A stretch of DNA of 64,000 nucleotides from the NCBI GenBank assembly GCA_965214935.1, contig CBDCCS010000022.1, positions 32,001 to 96,000 on the forward strand, given 5' to 3'. Source of the DNA: Candidatus Velthaea sp. Its GTDB lineage: Bacteria; Vulcanimicrobiota; Vulcanimicrobiia; Vulcanimicrobiales; Vulcanimicrobiaceae. This document shows, piece by piece, positions 29,734 through 40,058 of the stretch. Each line of letters opens with the position of its first letter. Positions within the stretch are counted from its first letter, which is position 1. A program made the position numbers and the translations under genes. The notes under the pieces are model-generated. The model was not told the DNA's origin and did no database searches. It saw nothing but the letters and a program-made list of their open reading frames with translations.

Positions 29734-31489
29734 GCCGCCGTTCCGGGCAATTCTCATTGCCAACCGGGGCGAGATCGCGGTTCGGATCATTCGGGCGGCC
29801 AAAGAACTCGGCTGCCGAGCCATCGCCGTTTATTCCGATGCGGACCGCGATGCGCGGCATGTCATGCTTGCCGACGAGGCCTATTATCTCGGTCCGGCAG
29901 CACCCGCGCTAAGCTATCTGTCCGTCGAACGATTGCTCGAGGCGGCGCGGCGTTCGGGTGCCGATGCGCTGCATCCGGGCTACGGGTTTTTCGCGGAAAA
30001 CGCCGGTTTCGCGCGGGCGGTAATCGCCGCGGGCCTGACCTGGATCGGGCCGCACCCTGCCGCTATCGACGCGATGGGCGATAAGGTACGCGCGCGCCGC
30101 GCCATGCGGGCCGCCGGCATCGCGGTCGTGCCCGGCGGGTCTGCGCCGCTCGAAGATGTGGCCGCTGCGCGCGCCGCTGCACTCGAGTTCGGCTTACCGC
30201 TGGCCCTCAAAGCGTCGGGTGGCGGCGGTGGAAAAGGGCTCAAGATCGCCCGGACGCTCGACGAAGTCGAAGCGGCGTTTTCAACCGCACAACGTGAAGC
30301 GCAAGCGTATTTCGGCGATTCGACGATCTACGCCGAACGGTATTTGGATAACCCGAAGCACATCGAATTGCAGATCCTCGCCGATAAAGCGGGCGCCGTC
30401 CTGCACGTCGGCGAGCGTGATTGTTCGCTGCAGCGCCGGCATCAAAAAGTTTGGGAAGAAACGCCGCCGGCGATTCCGGCCGGCGTTCGCGACCGGCTAC
30501 GCGCAGCCGGAATCAACGCTGCGCGGGCGATTGCCTACGATAGCGTCGGCACGATCGAGTGTCTGGTGACCGGCGACGATTTTTACTTTCTCGAAATGAA
30601 CACGCGCATACAAGTCGAGCATACGATCTCCGAACAAGTGTCGGGTATCGATCTCGTGCGCGAACAGATTCTCGTTGCCGCCGGCCGGCCTTTACCGTTC
30701 GGTCAGGCGGACATCGTCTTGCGCGGACATGCAATCGAAGTGCGAATCAACGCCGAAGATCCGGCGCAGCAATTTCGGCCCGCGCCGGGCACGATCGCGG
30801 ACTACCGCGAACCGGGCGGTTTCGGCGTTCGGGTCGATTCGGCGGCCTTCGCCGGGTGTACGATCGCCCCCGATTACGACTCGCTCATCGCCAAACTCAT
30901 CGTTTGGGGTCGCGACCGATTAGAGGCACTGCAACGGCTGGGCCGAGCCCTCGATGAGTTCCGTATCACCGGCGTTCCGACGACGCTCGAACTCTTACGG
31001 GCACTCGTCGATCTCGATGTGGTGCGCTCGGCGACCTACGGCACCGCAACGCTCGAGCCGTTTGCCGCCGGACGTACGTTTGAGCCGGCCGGCGTCATAA
31101 CCGCGCCGGGAATTGCCCCGGACGTCGACGATACGCTGCGCGTTGAAGTCGACGGCAAACTCTTTCGGATTCGATTCGTCGATGCGCCGATGCGCGCCGG
31201 GCAAACGTCCGGCGCAGCGGTGCGTGCACCGGTCGCCAAAGCACCGCGCAAATCAGCGTCCGGCGAGGCCGACAACGGCAACGAGATCGTTTCGCCGATG
31301 CACGGACTTGTCGTCGACGTACCGGTTCGGGCGGGCGATACGGTGGCGCAAGGGGATGTCGTAATCATCATCGAGGCGATGAAAATGATGAATGAGATTC
31401 GCGCCCATCGCTCCGGTACGATTGCCGCAATATTTGCCGATCGCGGGGCTACCGTCGAAGCCCGAACCCCGCTTGTCAGACTTGCTTAA
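29723..31489 (+). CDS. Biotin carboxylase fused to biotin carboxyl carrier domain (acetyl/propionyl-CoA carboxylase alpha subunit)
   Basis: ILIANRGEIA, HPGYGF, GGGGKG, ERDCSLQRRHQK, EMNTRIQVEH, EAMKM; start trimmed to TTG 29723. Confidence 0.95.
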   Translation: MLAEPPFRAILIANRGEIAVRIIRAAKELGCRAIAVYSDADRDARHVMLADEAYYLGPAAPALSYLSVERLLEAARRSGADALHPGYGFFAENAGFARAVIAAGLTWIGPHPAAIDAMGDKVRARRAMRAAGIAVVPGGSAPLEDVAAARAAALEFGLPLALKASGGGGGKGLKIARTLDEVEAAFSTAQREAQAYFGDSTIYAERYLDNPKHIELQILADKAGAVLHVGERDCSLQRRHQKVWEETPPAIPAGVRDRLRAAGINAARAIAYDSVGTIECLVTGDDFYFLEMNTRIQVEHTISEQVSGIDLVREQILVAAGRPLPFGQADIVLRGHAIEVRINAEDPAQQFRPAPGTIADYREPGGFGVRVDSAAFAGCTIAPDYDSLIAKLIVWGRDRLEALQRLGRALDEFRITGVPTTLELLRALVDLDVVRSATYGTATLEPFAAGRTFEPAGVITAPGIAPDVDDTLRVEVDGKLFRIRFVDAPMRAGQTSGAAVRAPVAKAPRKSASGEADNGNEIVSPMHGLVVDVPVRAGDTVAQGDVVIIIEAMKMMNEIRAHRSGTIAAIFADRGATVEARTPLVRLA

Positions 31490-31678
31490 CCAACACTCGT
31501 TCTTACATATTAGTATCTTTTGCGCCGCGTTTGACGGTGATTGCGTTCGGCGCTAAGCGGCGCTTTGTTTACGAGCGTTTACATTGCGCGATGTTTCGTG
31601 CTATGACTATCGATAACGATAGCTCGACGTGCGCTGCGTTTTACTGATAGCTACCTCTTTCTGCAATCGGCGGTTAGC

Positions 31679-33811
31679 GTGACCATCGTCAAGGCAACAG
31701 CGGTCGCCTCATCGTTACGCTTTACACCGCTCGATATCGGCGCGCCGTTGTGCGAGTCGCTCATCGACAGCCTAACCCGGCATGCGGTGTTTGCGCTTTC
31801 GCCGTCCGGCACGATCGTTAGCTGGAACACCGGCGCGCAGCGACTGTTCGGTTACCTTCCGGCCGAAATCATCGGCCGGCGCTTCGACGTCTTATTTGCC
31901 GTTCATGACGTTAAGATCGATACGCCGCGGGCCGACTTAGCCGCTGCGCGAAGTGGTGCGCACGCCGGTCGCGAGCGCCTGCAGATCCGCGCGGACGGGA
32001 CGGCCTTTCTGGCGCAGACGTCGGTTACTCCGCTGCTCGATCGGCACGGCGGCGCGGGCGGTTTCGCCGTCGTCGTTCACGATGCCACCGAAAGTCATGC
32101 AGCGATCGTCGCTCTACGTGTGCGCGAAGAAAAACTGCGTTCGCTTGTCGACAGCGTCGGTTCGTACGCGATTCTGTCGATCGAACCCGACGGCACGATC
32201 GGTAGTTGGAATGCCGGTGCTCGAGCGACGTTCGGCTATACCGACGCCGAGATCGTCGGACGTCCGTTTGCGACGTTGTTCACGGCCGACGATCGCGCCG
32301 CGGGCGTTCCGCAAAAAGAACTTCGCAACGCTTTGGGGCACGGCAGTGCGCTCGTCGAACGCTGGCTCGTCCGCAAAGATGCTTCGCGCTTTCTTGCCGG
32401 CGGCCGCTGCAGCGTCCGTCAAGCCGGCGCCGCTGGCAAGCCTGCGGGCTTCGTCCTCATAACGCACGACGTTACCGAGCGCACTCGCTTGGGTGACGAG
32501 TTGCGGCGGAACGCAACAAGCGACCCGTTGACGAATCTGCTTAATCGAACGGCGTTTCTCGAACATGTGAATCGGGCGATTGGCTCGATGAAGCGCCGCA
32601 GCACAAACATGTTCGGCGTCTTATTTATCGACCTCGACCGCTTTAAATCGATCAACGACAATTTCGGTCATGCGACCGGCGATGCACTTCTGGCGTTGAC
32701 CGCTCGCCGTTTGGAACAATGCGTGCGTTCGGGCGACATCGTTGCCCGCTTCGGCGGTGACGAGTTTGCCATTCTGCTCAATGGTATCGACGGGCTCAGC
32801 GATGCGCACGATGCAGCCGACCGCATCGGGCTTGCGATGGCTGCACCGGTAACGATTCACGACTGCGATCTTCGTGCGACGGCAAGCGTCGGGATTGCGC
32901 TCGGCAGTACGACGTATGCCAAAGCCGAGGATGTCCTCGCCGATGCGGATGCGGCGATGTACGCGGCAAAATCGCGTGGCCGCGCTCGCACGACGGTGTT
33001 TGATTCCTCGATGCGGATTCGTAACCGGCGAACCGAAGATCTCGACACCGAAATGCGGCATGCCGTCGAACGCAACGAGTTGCGCATCGCGTATCAACCG
33101 ATCGTCGAGCTTTCCGGCGGCGCGCTCGCAGGGTTCGAAGCACTCGTTCGCTGGCAACATCCGCGGCGCGGTCTGCTCGCGCCGGCTGCATTCATTCCGA
33201 TCGCCGAGCAGACAGATGCAGTCGTTGCGATCGATAGCTGGGTTCTCGGTACGGCCTGCGGACAACTCAAGCAATGGCAACGCGAGCACGGCGCATCGTT
33301 GCATATGAGCGTTAATTTCTCGAGCAAACACTTTGCGCGGGCCGATGTGCTCGACCGGCTTGCCGCGATCGTCGACGCAGCGGGCGTGGCGCCCGCTTCG
33401 TTGCGCATTGAGGTAACGGAAACGGCGATGCTCGATCGTTCGCAGCGCACGTTGAACGTCCTGAACGAGATTCGCAAACGCGGCTTTAAGTTGCAGGTCG
33501 ACGACTTCGGCATCGGCTATTCTTCGCTCTCGCTACTGCAGTTTTTGCCGATCGACGGGCTCAAGATCGACCGTTCGTTTGTGGCCGAATTGCACACCGC
33601 AAGCGGTGCGGAGATCGTTCGCAGCGTTATCACGCTAGCTCACAATCTCGGCTTCGTTGCGGTCGCTGAAGGTATCGAAACCGCAGCGCAACTGCGCCGC
33701 TTGCGCGAGCTCGAGTGCGAGCTCGGCCAAGGCGTCTTCTTCTGCGGACCGCTCGATCCGCCGGCGGCCGATGAATATTTGCGGACCGCACAAATAGCCG
33801 CCGCCGGCTAG
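31679..33811 (+). CDS. PAS-PAS-GGDEF-EAL c-di-GMP enzyme
   Basis: Two PAS (SWNxGA..FGY), RSGD I-site, RFGGDEF, GFEALVRW, DDFGIGYSSL. Confidence 0.95.
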   Translation: MTIVKATAVASSLRFTPLDIGAPLCESLIDSLTRHAVFALSPSGTIVSWNTGAQRLFGYLPAEIIGRRFDVLFAVHDVKIDTPRADLAAARSGAHAGRERLQIRADGTAFLAQTSVTPLLDRHGGAGGFAVVVHDATESHAAIVALRVREEKLRSLVDSVGSYAILSIEPDGTIGSWNAGARATFGYTDAEIVGRPFATLFTADDRAAGVPQKELRNALGHGSALVERWLVRKDASRFLAGGRCSVRQAGAAGKPAGFVLITHDVTERTRLGDELRRNATSDPLTNLLNRTAFLEHVNRAIGSMKRRSTNMFGVLFIDLDRFKSINDNFGHATGDALLALTARRLEQCVRSGDIVARFGGDEFAILLNGIDGLSDAHDAADRIGLAMAAPVTIHDCDLRATASVGIALGSTTYAKAEDVLADADAAMYAAKSRGRARTTVFDSSMRIRNRRTEDLDTEMRHAVERNELRIAYQPIVELSGGALAGFEALVRWQHPRRGLLAPAAFIPIAEQTDAVVAIDSWVLGTACGQLKQWQREHGASLHMSVNFSSKHFARADVLDRLAAIVDAAGVAPASLRIEVTETAMLDRSQRTLNVLNEIRKRGFKLQVDDFGIGYSSLSLLQFLPIDGLKIDRSFVAELHTASGAEIVRSVITLAHNLGFVAVAEGIETAAQLRRLRELECELGQGVFFCGPLDPPAADEYLRTAQIAAAG

Positions 33812-33861
33812 CCGGCCGCGTCATCCGATCGGCTCAGGCACGGTCGCGATCTTCGTCCGTT

Positions 33862-34026
33862 CGGAGGCTGCCGCTCTTGAAGCAGCGCGTAAGATGCAGG
33901 TATGTTCGCGTGGTTACAGCTTGGCGTTCTTCGCGTTCTTCTGACCGCGCTAACGCCGTTACTGGGCCGGCCCGAATCTGGAAGGCAAGGAGGTCCGCTT
34001 CGTCGGTACCGGCAGCGCGATCTCCG
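33862..34026. ncRNA. Candidate structured RNA: long imperfect rod hairpin with central bubble (6S-like shape)
   Basis: Seven nested complementary segments identified by eye (see finding); unverified. Confidence 0.3.
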
Positions 34027-34159
34027 TCGCCGTCGCCACCGACACGTCGAGCGGCGCGGCGGATGTCGCCTACGATTCGCTCATGCCGGACACATGTTTT
34101 AGACGGACGGCTTTGGCGTGCTGCAAAGGCCGCGACGGCGGCCTCAAGAAGCAGCCGTC

Positions 34160-35737
34160 GTGCCACGTGATGTTAACGGCAGCGGCATCCCGCTCGAACC
34201 GTATTACGATGAACTGGCCGGCTCGACGCCGCGGCCCCAACCCGGCAGCTTTCCGTATACGCGCGGCATTCGCGCGGATATGTACCGCGCGCGGCCGTGG
34301 ACGATGCGTCAATACGCCGGTTTTGCGACGGCCGCCGAGTCGAATGCGCGCTACCGTTATCTGCTGGCACGCGGCACGACCGGTTTATCGGTGGCCTTCG
34401 ATTTGGTGACGCAACTCGGCCTTGACTCTGATGCGCCGGCGGCGCGCGGCGAAGTCGGCAAAGTCGGCGTCGCGATCGATTGTCTGGCCGATGTCCAAAC
34501 GCTGTTCGCCGATATTCCGCTCGATGCCGTGACGGTATCGATGACCATTAACGCACCCGCCGCGATCATGCTCGCCTTGCTGCTTGCGACGGCGCGCCGG
34601 CGCGGCATCCCGTTCGGCCGGCTCGGCGGTACGATTCAGAACGACGTGCTCAAAGAGTACGTCGCGCGCGGCACGTACATTTTTCCGCCCGAGCCGTCGA
34701 TGCGTTTGGTTACCGACGTCATGGCGTATTGCGCCGAAGCGGTGCCGCAGTGGAACACGATCTCCGTCTCCGGTTATCACATCCGTGAAGCCGGCTCGAC
34801 CGCGCTACAAGAGCTGGCATTCACCCTTGCCAACGGCAAAGCGTATCTTGCAGCAGCGGTGCGGGCGGGGTTAACGGTCGACACCGTCGCGCCGCGCATG
34901 TCGTTTTTCTGGAACGCGCACAACGATTTCTTCGAAGAGATTGCAAAGTTTCGCGCGGCGCGCGCGCTGTGGGCGCAGATCGTTCGCGATGACTTCGGCT
35001 CGCACGATCCGCGCTCGCAGATGCTGCGCTTTCATACGCAAACCGGCGGTTCGACCTTGACCGCGCAAGAACCGGAGAATAACGTCGTGCGCGTGACGCT
35101 GCAAGCGCTCGCAGCGGTCCTGGGCGGGACGCAATCGCTGCACGCCAACGGTGCCGATGAGGCACTCGGCTTACCGACCGCCGCATCGGCGCGCGTCGCC
35201 CTACGCACGCAGCAAATCATCGCATTCGAGAGCGGCGTGACCGACGTCGGCGATCCGCTCGGCGGATCGTATTACGTCGAGGCATTGACCGATGAACTGA
35301 TTGCCCGCACGCGCGAACTGCTGGCGCAAATCGAAGCACTGGGTGGCGCCGTTCGGGCGGTCGAAACGGGTTGGATGCAAGAACAGATCGGTGAATCCGC
35401 GTATCGTGCGCAGCAAGCGATCGAACGGGGTGACAGCGTCGTCGTCGGCGTCAATCGCTTTGCCGACGGCATGCCGGACGAGCGTTCGATTCCGATCGAG
35501 CGTATCGCGCCGGGCATCGAACGCGAACAAGTCGAACGGTTGCGCGCATTCCGCGCCGCGCGCGATGCAACGGCGGTGCGCGAACGGCTCGACGACGTAC
35601 GCAACGCCGCAGCGGGAACGGCAAATCTCATGCCGGCGTTCATCGAAGCAGTGGATAGCGGTGCAACGTTAGGTGAGATCTGCGACGTCTTGCGCAGCGT
35701 CTTCGGCACGCACGTCGCGCGCGAGCGTATTGCATGA
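34160..35737 (+). CDS. Methylmalonyl-CoA mutase substrate-binding (large) subunit, split type
   Basis: [47 protein letters not shown]; no DxHxxG B12 domain; start GTG 34160 or 34118. Confidence 0.93.
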   Translation: MPRDVNGSGIPLEPYYDELAGSTPRPQPGSFPYTRGIRADMYRARPWTMRQYAGFATAAESNARYRYLLARGTTGLSVAFDLVTQLGLDSDAPAARGEVGKVGVAIDCLADVQTLFADIPLDAVTVSMTINAPAAIMLALLLATARRRGIPFGRLGGTIQNDVLKEYVARGTYIFPPEPSMRLVTDVMAYCAEAVPQWNTISVSGYHIREAGSTALQELAFTLANGKAYLAAAVRAGLTVDTVAPRMSFFWNAHNDFFEEIAKFRAARALWAQIVRDDFGSHDPRSQMLRFHTQTGGSTLTAQEPENNVVRVTLQALAAVLGGTQSLHANGADEALGLPTAASARVALRTQQIIAFESGVTDVGDPLGGSYYVEALTDELIARTRELLAQIEALGGAVRAVETGWMQEQIGESAYRAQQAIERGDSVVVGVNRFADGMPDERSIPIERIAPGIEREQVERLRAFRAARDATAVRERLDDVRNAAAGTANLMPAFIEAVDSGATLGEICDVLRSVFGTHVARERIA

Positions 35738-36138
35738 TCGATGCGCCGATCGATCATATTGCAATTGTCGTCGCCGATCTGCCCCAAGCGCTTGCGCTCT
35801 ACACGCAGACCCTCGGTTTTCACGTCGTTTACCAAGAGATCGTTGCCGATCAAGGTGTGGAAGCCGTCGGTCTACGCAGCGGCGAATCGACGATCGAACT
35901 TCTGCGGCCGCTCGACGAGACGTCGCCCGTCGCAGTTTTCCGCGGCACCGCGCCGTCGAAGTTGCATCACACCGCATTTCGCGTGACCGATCTTGGGGCG
36001 GAACTCCGGCAGCTCCGCGCGGCGGGCGTGCGATTGATCGATGAAACACCGCGCCGTGGTGCACATGGAACGATCGTCGCGTTTTTGCATCCGAAATCAA
36101 CCGGCGGCGTTTTGATCGAACTGTGTCAGCGCGCTTGA
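35734..36138 (+). CDS. mce: Methylmalonyl-CoA epimerase
   Basis: [36 protein letters not shown]. Confidence 0.95.
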   Translation: MIDAPIDHIAIVVADLPQALALYTQTLGFHVVYQEIVADQGVEAVGLRSGESTIELLRPLDETSPVAVFRGTAPSKLHHTAFRVTDLGAELRQLRAAGVRLIDETPRRGAHGTIVAFLHPKSTGGVLIELCQRA

Positions 36139-37025
36139 CGCGCACGATTCGGCTCGGAGCGATCGCCGGCGCCTTGCTGCTCGCAATCGTACCGGCGCTG
36201 CCGCTGCAAGCCGATGTGCCCGGCGATCCCGATCAAATCTTTCGCGCGGCTCGGCGAGCCTGGTCGTTCACCAACTACGCGCGTTACGCGACGTACACGA
36301 CCGTCGCCAAATTCCGCAATGGTACGACCAAGGTCCAGCGTCATTACGATACGCTCGAAGATACGCGCCGCGCACTCGTGTTCGCGCGCACGTTCAGCCA
36401 TGAAGAGATTGCCGATCCGTCGATTCCGCACGGCATTGATATCCGTGTCGGAAGCATCAACAATCAAGGCGGCGTGAAAGCCAATGCCGAGCACAACGAC
36501 GATCGCATCGGTCCGCTCGCACTCGCCGTCAGCTACGATTTCGGCATCTCCTTACTGCCGCAGAAAACAACGGTCGTGAGCTCGAGCAGAGACATCGAAT
36601 TTCCACCCAGCTTGCCGGTCATCGGGACGACGACGACGGCGACCCAACAATACACCGTCCGGCTCATCGACATGCTCGATGCCGGAAAGACGTATCACAT
36701 CGGCTTAACGCCGGCGCGCGATCCGGGCCGGTTGCGCCTGCGTGAAATGTGGATCGCGGCCGGTACGTACATCACCCAGCGAATTTTGATTGCCGGTAAT
36801 TTCAGCGGCGATCCGTATACGAACGTCCCGTGGCTCGTCGAGTTCGTGCAAGTCGGCGGCGCATCGTACATCCGGCGCGAGACGGCCGAAGCACCGCTGG
36901 ATTTCGACGACGTTTCGCTGCCCAACGTCGTCATCAGCTTCGAGGATCTGCAATTGCTGGGCGCGCTGCCGCGCTACGGCGCCTTGGGTGCCAACGATAG
37001 CTCGAAAGCCGTCAGCGAACCGTAG
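36135..37025 (+). CDS. Exported hypothetical protein (paralog 2)
   Basis: TTGA overlap with mce; signal peptide; strongly similar to next gene. Confidence 0.75.
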   Translation: MTRTIRLGAIAGALLLAIVPALPLQADVPGDPDQIFRAARRAWSFTNYARYATYTTVAKFRNGTTKVQRHYDTLEDTRRALVFARTFSHEEIADPSIPHGIDIRVGSINNQGGVKANAEHNDDRIGPLALAVSYDFGISLLPQKTTVVSSSRDIEFPPSLPVIGTTTTATQQYTVRLIDMLDAGKTYHIGLTPARDPGRLRLREMWIAAGTYITQRILIAGNFSGDPYTNVPWLVEFVQVGGASYIRRETAEAPLDFDDVSLPNVVISFEDLQLLGALPRYGALGANDSSKAVSEP

Positions 37026-37065
37026 CCGGCAGAAACGGGCGCCGGACTGCGCGCGTTCATTGCCG

Positions 37066-37941
37066 GTGAAGGTTCTCTTACGCGCGTCGTTCGCGCTCGC
37101 GTTCGTCGCCGCCGTGGCCGGTCGGGCGGCGGCGCAAGTGCCGGCCGCCGACCCGCAAGCGATCTACGAATCGGCGCGTAGCGCGTGGGCGTACACGTCA
37201 TATCCGCGCTACGCGCAATATGCCGTCAGCGTCCGCTACCGTAGCGGCGAGAAGAACGTCGTGCGGCATTACGATACGCTCGAAGACTTGCGCCGCGGAA
37301 TCGTGTTTCCGCACGCCTTTAGCCGCGAAGAAACGGCGAATCCGAGCTTCCCGCCCGGCGGCGTCAATATCGGCATCTTGGGCGCGACGCTCAACGAGCC
37401 GCAGAGCGACGATCCGATCGGGCCGCTCGCCCTTGCCGTTACCTACGATTTCGGGTTGTCGCGCTCACCGGTCACCACGCAGGTGGCACAAATGGGCTCG
37501 GAGATCACCGCGCCCAGCCGCCTGCAAGTTATCGGGCGAAGCGGTATGAGTGTGCGAACGTATGCGGTGCGCCTCATCGAGATGCTCGATAACGGCAAGA
37601 CCTACCACCTCGGTTTAACGCCGCTGCGCGACGCCAAGCACTTTCGGCTCCGCGAGTTGTGGGTAACGGCCGGGACGTTCGTGACGCAGCGAGCGCTCGT
37701 CGCCGGTAACTTCGCGCGTTCGCCGTACACCGAAGTCGGCTGGCTGATCAGCTTCACTCAGATTGACGGCGGCCCGTATATTGCGTCGGAACGCGCGCAG
37801 GGGCCGTTAGATTTCGGCGATGCAGGATCGCTTGAAGACGTAACGATTGCATTCGAGGAACTTAAATCAACCAACGCCCTGCCGCCGTATGGAACGGTCG
37901 GTATCAACGGCGGTACGCCCGAGTTCGTCACCGAGCCTTAG
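37066..37941 (+). CDS. Exported hypothetical protein (paralog 3, tandem duplicate)
   Basis: GTG start, signal peptide; RHYDTLED, IGPLALAV.YDFG, GKTYH.GLTP.RD shared with previous gene. Confidence 0.75.
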   Translation: MKVLLRASFALAFVAAVAGRAAAQVPAADPQAIYESARSAWAYTSYPRYAQYAVSVRYRSGEKNVVRHYDTLEDLRRGIVFPHAFSREETANPSFPPGGVNIGILGATLNEPQSDDPIGPLALAVTYDFGLSRSPVTTQVAQMGSEITAPSRLQVIGRSGMSVRTYAVRLIEMLDNGKTYHLGLTPLRDAKHFRLRELWVTAGTFVTQRALVAGNFARSPYTEVGWLISFTQIDGGPYIASERAQGPLDFGDAGSLEDVTIAFEELKSTNALPPYGTVGINGGTPEFVTEP

Positions 37942-39490
37942 CCGGCGCGTCGCGCAAGCGAATGTCCAGTTCGGTCTCGAACGTTCGGTCCCACGGTAAC
38001 GTGATCGTCAGCCCGCCGTCACGGTACTGCGGATAGATGGTTGCAAGCAACGCAAGGCTGCGCGGCCATAAATCCGCGCGATCGGCCCAACCGGCCTGTT
38101 CGGCGACGATCGGCAGCAGGTAGGTGTGATCGGCGATGCCCCGCCGGACCAATAGCCGGTTGATCGCCGGGCGGGTGTAAGCGTGAAAGGCATAATCATC
38201 GGCATAGCGATCGAGCATGAATTGAGCGTGAGCGCGCGGATCGTAGGTGCCCATTCGCTCGCCGGCAACGACGGCAACCGCTGCAGGAATCGCCGTCCCA
38301 AGCGTGTTCGCCGTCGTGTTCCAAGAGGCAAAACCGGCGATTTTCCCGGCGATACGGCGGCGTAACAACTCATCGACGAGCGCGCGCTGCTGAACGTAAT
38401 CGTCCTGTGCAAGAAACGTCAAGTCGGCAACGGCCGCCGGGCGGCCGTTCTGAACCGCGGTCTGCAGCGCGTCGACGAATGCGCGCTCGTCCGATGCAAG
38501 CGTACCCGGGACGCGGACGAAAAGCTCGATATCCGCATCCGGCAGCGTGGCGGTCCGGCGTGCTCCGGACGCGTGAATGAGCGCGTCGACCGTGCTATCG
38601 ATCGGGTTGAATTCGAGCGGGTCGTTGAGCGCACCGCCGGCAGACGTCGAGTACGTGACGGCAATGCGCGGCACGAACGCGGCTTGTCGCGCTAGCGCTG
38701 CGCCGACGAGCGCCATGGCCAGCTCGTCCGCACCGGGCTCGATCGATCCGACCGCGCCGAGCGACCACTGATGAAGATACGCGCGCAGGGCGGCAAGATC
38801 GCGTAAATGCAGACCGACCGGACCGGCATCGTCCTGGCCTAAAATGAGCCGGTCGAAGCCGCCCTCGGCGAGCAGTTGCAACTCGAAGAGATCGACGTCC
38901 CGGTCGCGTGCGCGCGTTGCGAGGTACGAAACAAGCGTCGGTCCCGCTGCGGCCCGCACGCGCAGCGCCGTTGCGCGGTCGGCCGGAGCGACCGGCGGAT
39001 CGGGCAAATTCGCGTACTTCTGGATAAGCGGCCAGGCCGCACCTGCGGCGAAAAAGCCGCTGGCCGAACCCGCTTGCGGGACGCCCGTCGGCGCTAAGCG
39101 CATGACGGTGCCGAACGCGCTGAATGCCGCCGCCGCCCGCGTTGCGCGGAAGTCGGCTAACCGGCGTAAACGCGCAAGCGCTAAAAACTCCGGCGTTTGC
39201 GGCGTTCGCGATGCGATGAGTCCGCCGTAAGCGAGCATATCGGCCGAGACGATAAAAGCGCTCGCGTCGGGCGGTGACTCCCGCACGAGCCACCGTGCGA
39301 CGGCGTCGGGATCGCCGAAACGCAGGTAGTTACCTAAGATGACGCGCGGCGGTTCGGCAACCCGAACGCCGGCAATGGCGCCGAGCATTCGCGGTAGCTG
39401 CAAAGTCACGGGCCGGTCGTCGAGCGGAACGACGACGAAGGTCGTGGCCAGCAGGCCGCTGACGAGCGAAAGGAGACCGGCGATGTTCAC
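37928..39490 (-). CDS. DUF4127-family exported protein
   Basis: VPLDDRP, SADMLAYGGLIASR, LGQDD, PGADE, ASWNTTANTLG; start trimmed to GTG 39490. Confidence 0.8.
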   Translation of the reverse strand: MNIAGLLSLVSGLLATTFVVVPLDDRPVTLQLPRMLGAIAGVRVAEPPRVILGNYLRFGDPDAVARWLVRESPPDASAFIVSADMLAYGGLIASRTPQTPEFLALARLRRLADFRATRAAAAFSAFGTVMRLAPTGVPQAGSASGFFAAGAAWPLIQKYANLPDPPVAPADRATALRVRAAAGPTLVSYLATRARDRDVDLFELQLLAEGGFDRLILGQDDAGPVGLHLRDLAALRAYLHQWSLGAVGSIEPGADELAMALVGAALARQAAFVPRIAVTYSTSAGGALNDPLEFNPIDSTVDALIHASGARRTATLPDADIELFVRVPGTLASDERAFVDALQTAVQNGRPAAVADLTFLAQDDYVQQRALVDELLRRRIAGKIAGFASWNTTANTLGTAIPAAVAVVAGERMGTYDPRAHAQFMLDRYADDYAFHAYTRPAINRLLVRRGIADHTYLLPIVAEQAGWADRADLWPRSLALLATIYPQYRDGGLTITLPWDRTFETELDIRLRDAPAKAR

Positions 39491-39629
39491 TGCCCGGCGA
39501 CTTCGCGATTGCAACGGCCGATCTTGGGTTGCAGCGCACGCCTTGACCGGCCGCCGCAACCCGAACGTAAGCCGCAGCACTGTCCTAACGGTGGAACGCA
39601 CCCACGCCATGGGAATAGCCTTCGATGCT

Positions 39630-40058
39630 ATGCCGTTACCCGTCGAGTGCCGTACGATGGCCGGCCCCGAACGCTTCGATGCCTTTGCCCTCATGCAACA
39701 GTTTTGCAGCGATCACCAGCGCTTGAGCGACGCGCTCAGCCTGTATGTTGACCGTGAAGATTACGGCTTTGTGTGGCTGGCATACCGCGAAGACGTTGCC
39801 GTCGGCTGCTGTTCGGTCGGCTATGCGATTGCGCCGGATGCCGGCGGACTCATCGCACTCGTTCGCGACGTTTTTGTTCGGCCCGACTCACGACGCAGCG
39901 GTGTTGGCGCAGGGATGCTCGATGCACTCGAGGCGCGGCTTGCGGCGCTGCCGATCGCCCGCATCGAAACGCCGGCAACGACCGGTGCGCTCGCGACGTT
40001 CCTCACGACGCGCGGTTACCGAGCGACAGACCGGCGGTTGTTCACGCAGGACCGATAA
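39630..40058 (+). CDS. GNAT family N-acetyltransferase
   Basis: DVFVRPDSRRSGVGAGML acetyl-CoA motif; start uncertain (39609 or 39630). Confidence 0.8.
   Translation: MPLPVECRTMAGPERFDAFALMQQFCSDHQRLSDALSLYVDREDYGFVWLAYREDVAVGCCSVGYAIAPDAGGLIALVRDVFVRPDSRRSGVGAGMLDALEARLAALPIARIETPATTGALATFLTTRGYRATDRRLFTQDR

Noticed and set aside
31566..31583. GTTTAC direct repeat upstream of the GGDEF-EAL gene
   Set aside because: Only two 6-bp copies at 10-bp period; too weak to call an operator
33955..34015. Cobalamin riboswitch upstream of the mutase (ACTGGG...GGAAGGC, GTCGGTACCGGC)
   Set aside because: Upstream GGGAA/CGGTG core is missing and the B12 box is incomplete; an Rfam scan would settle it
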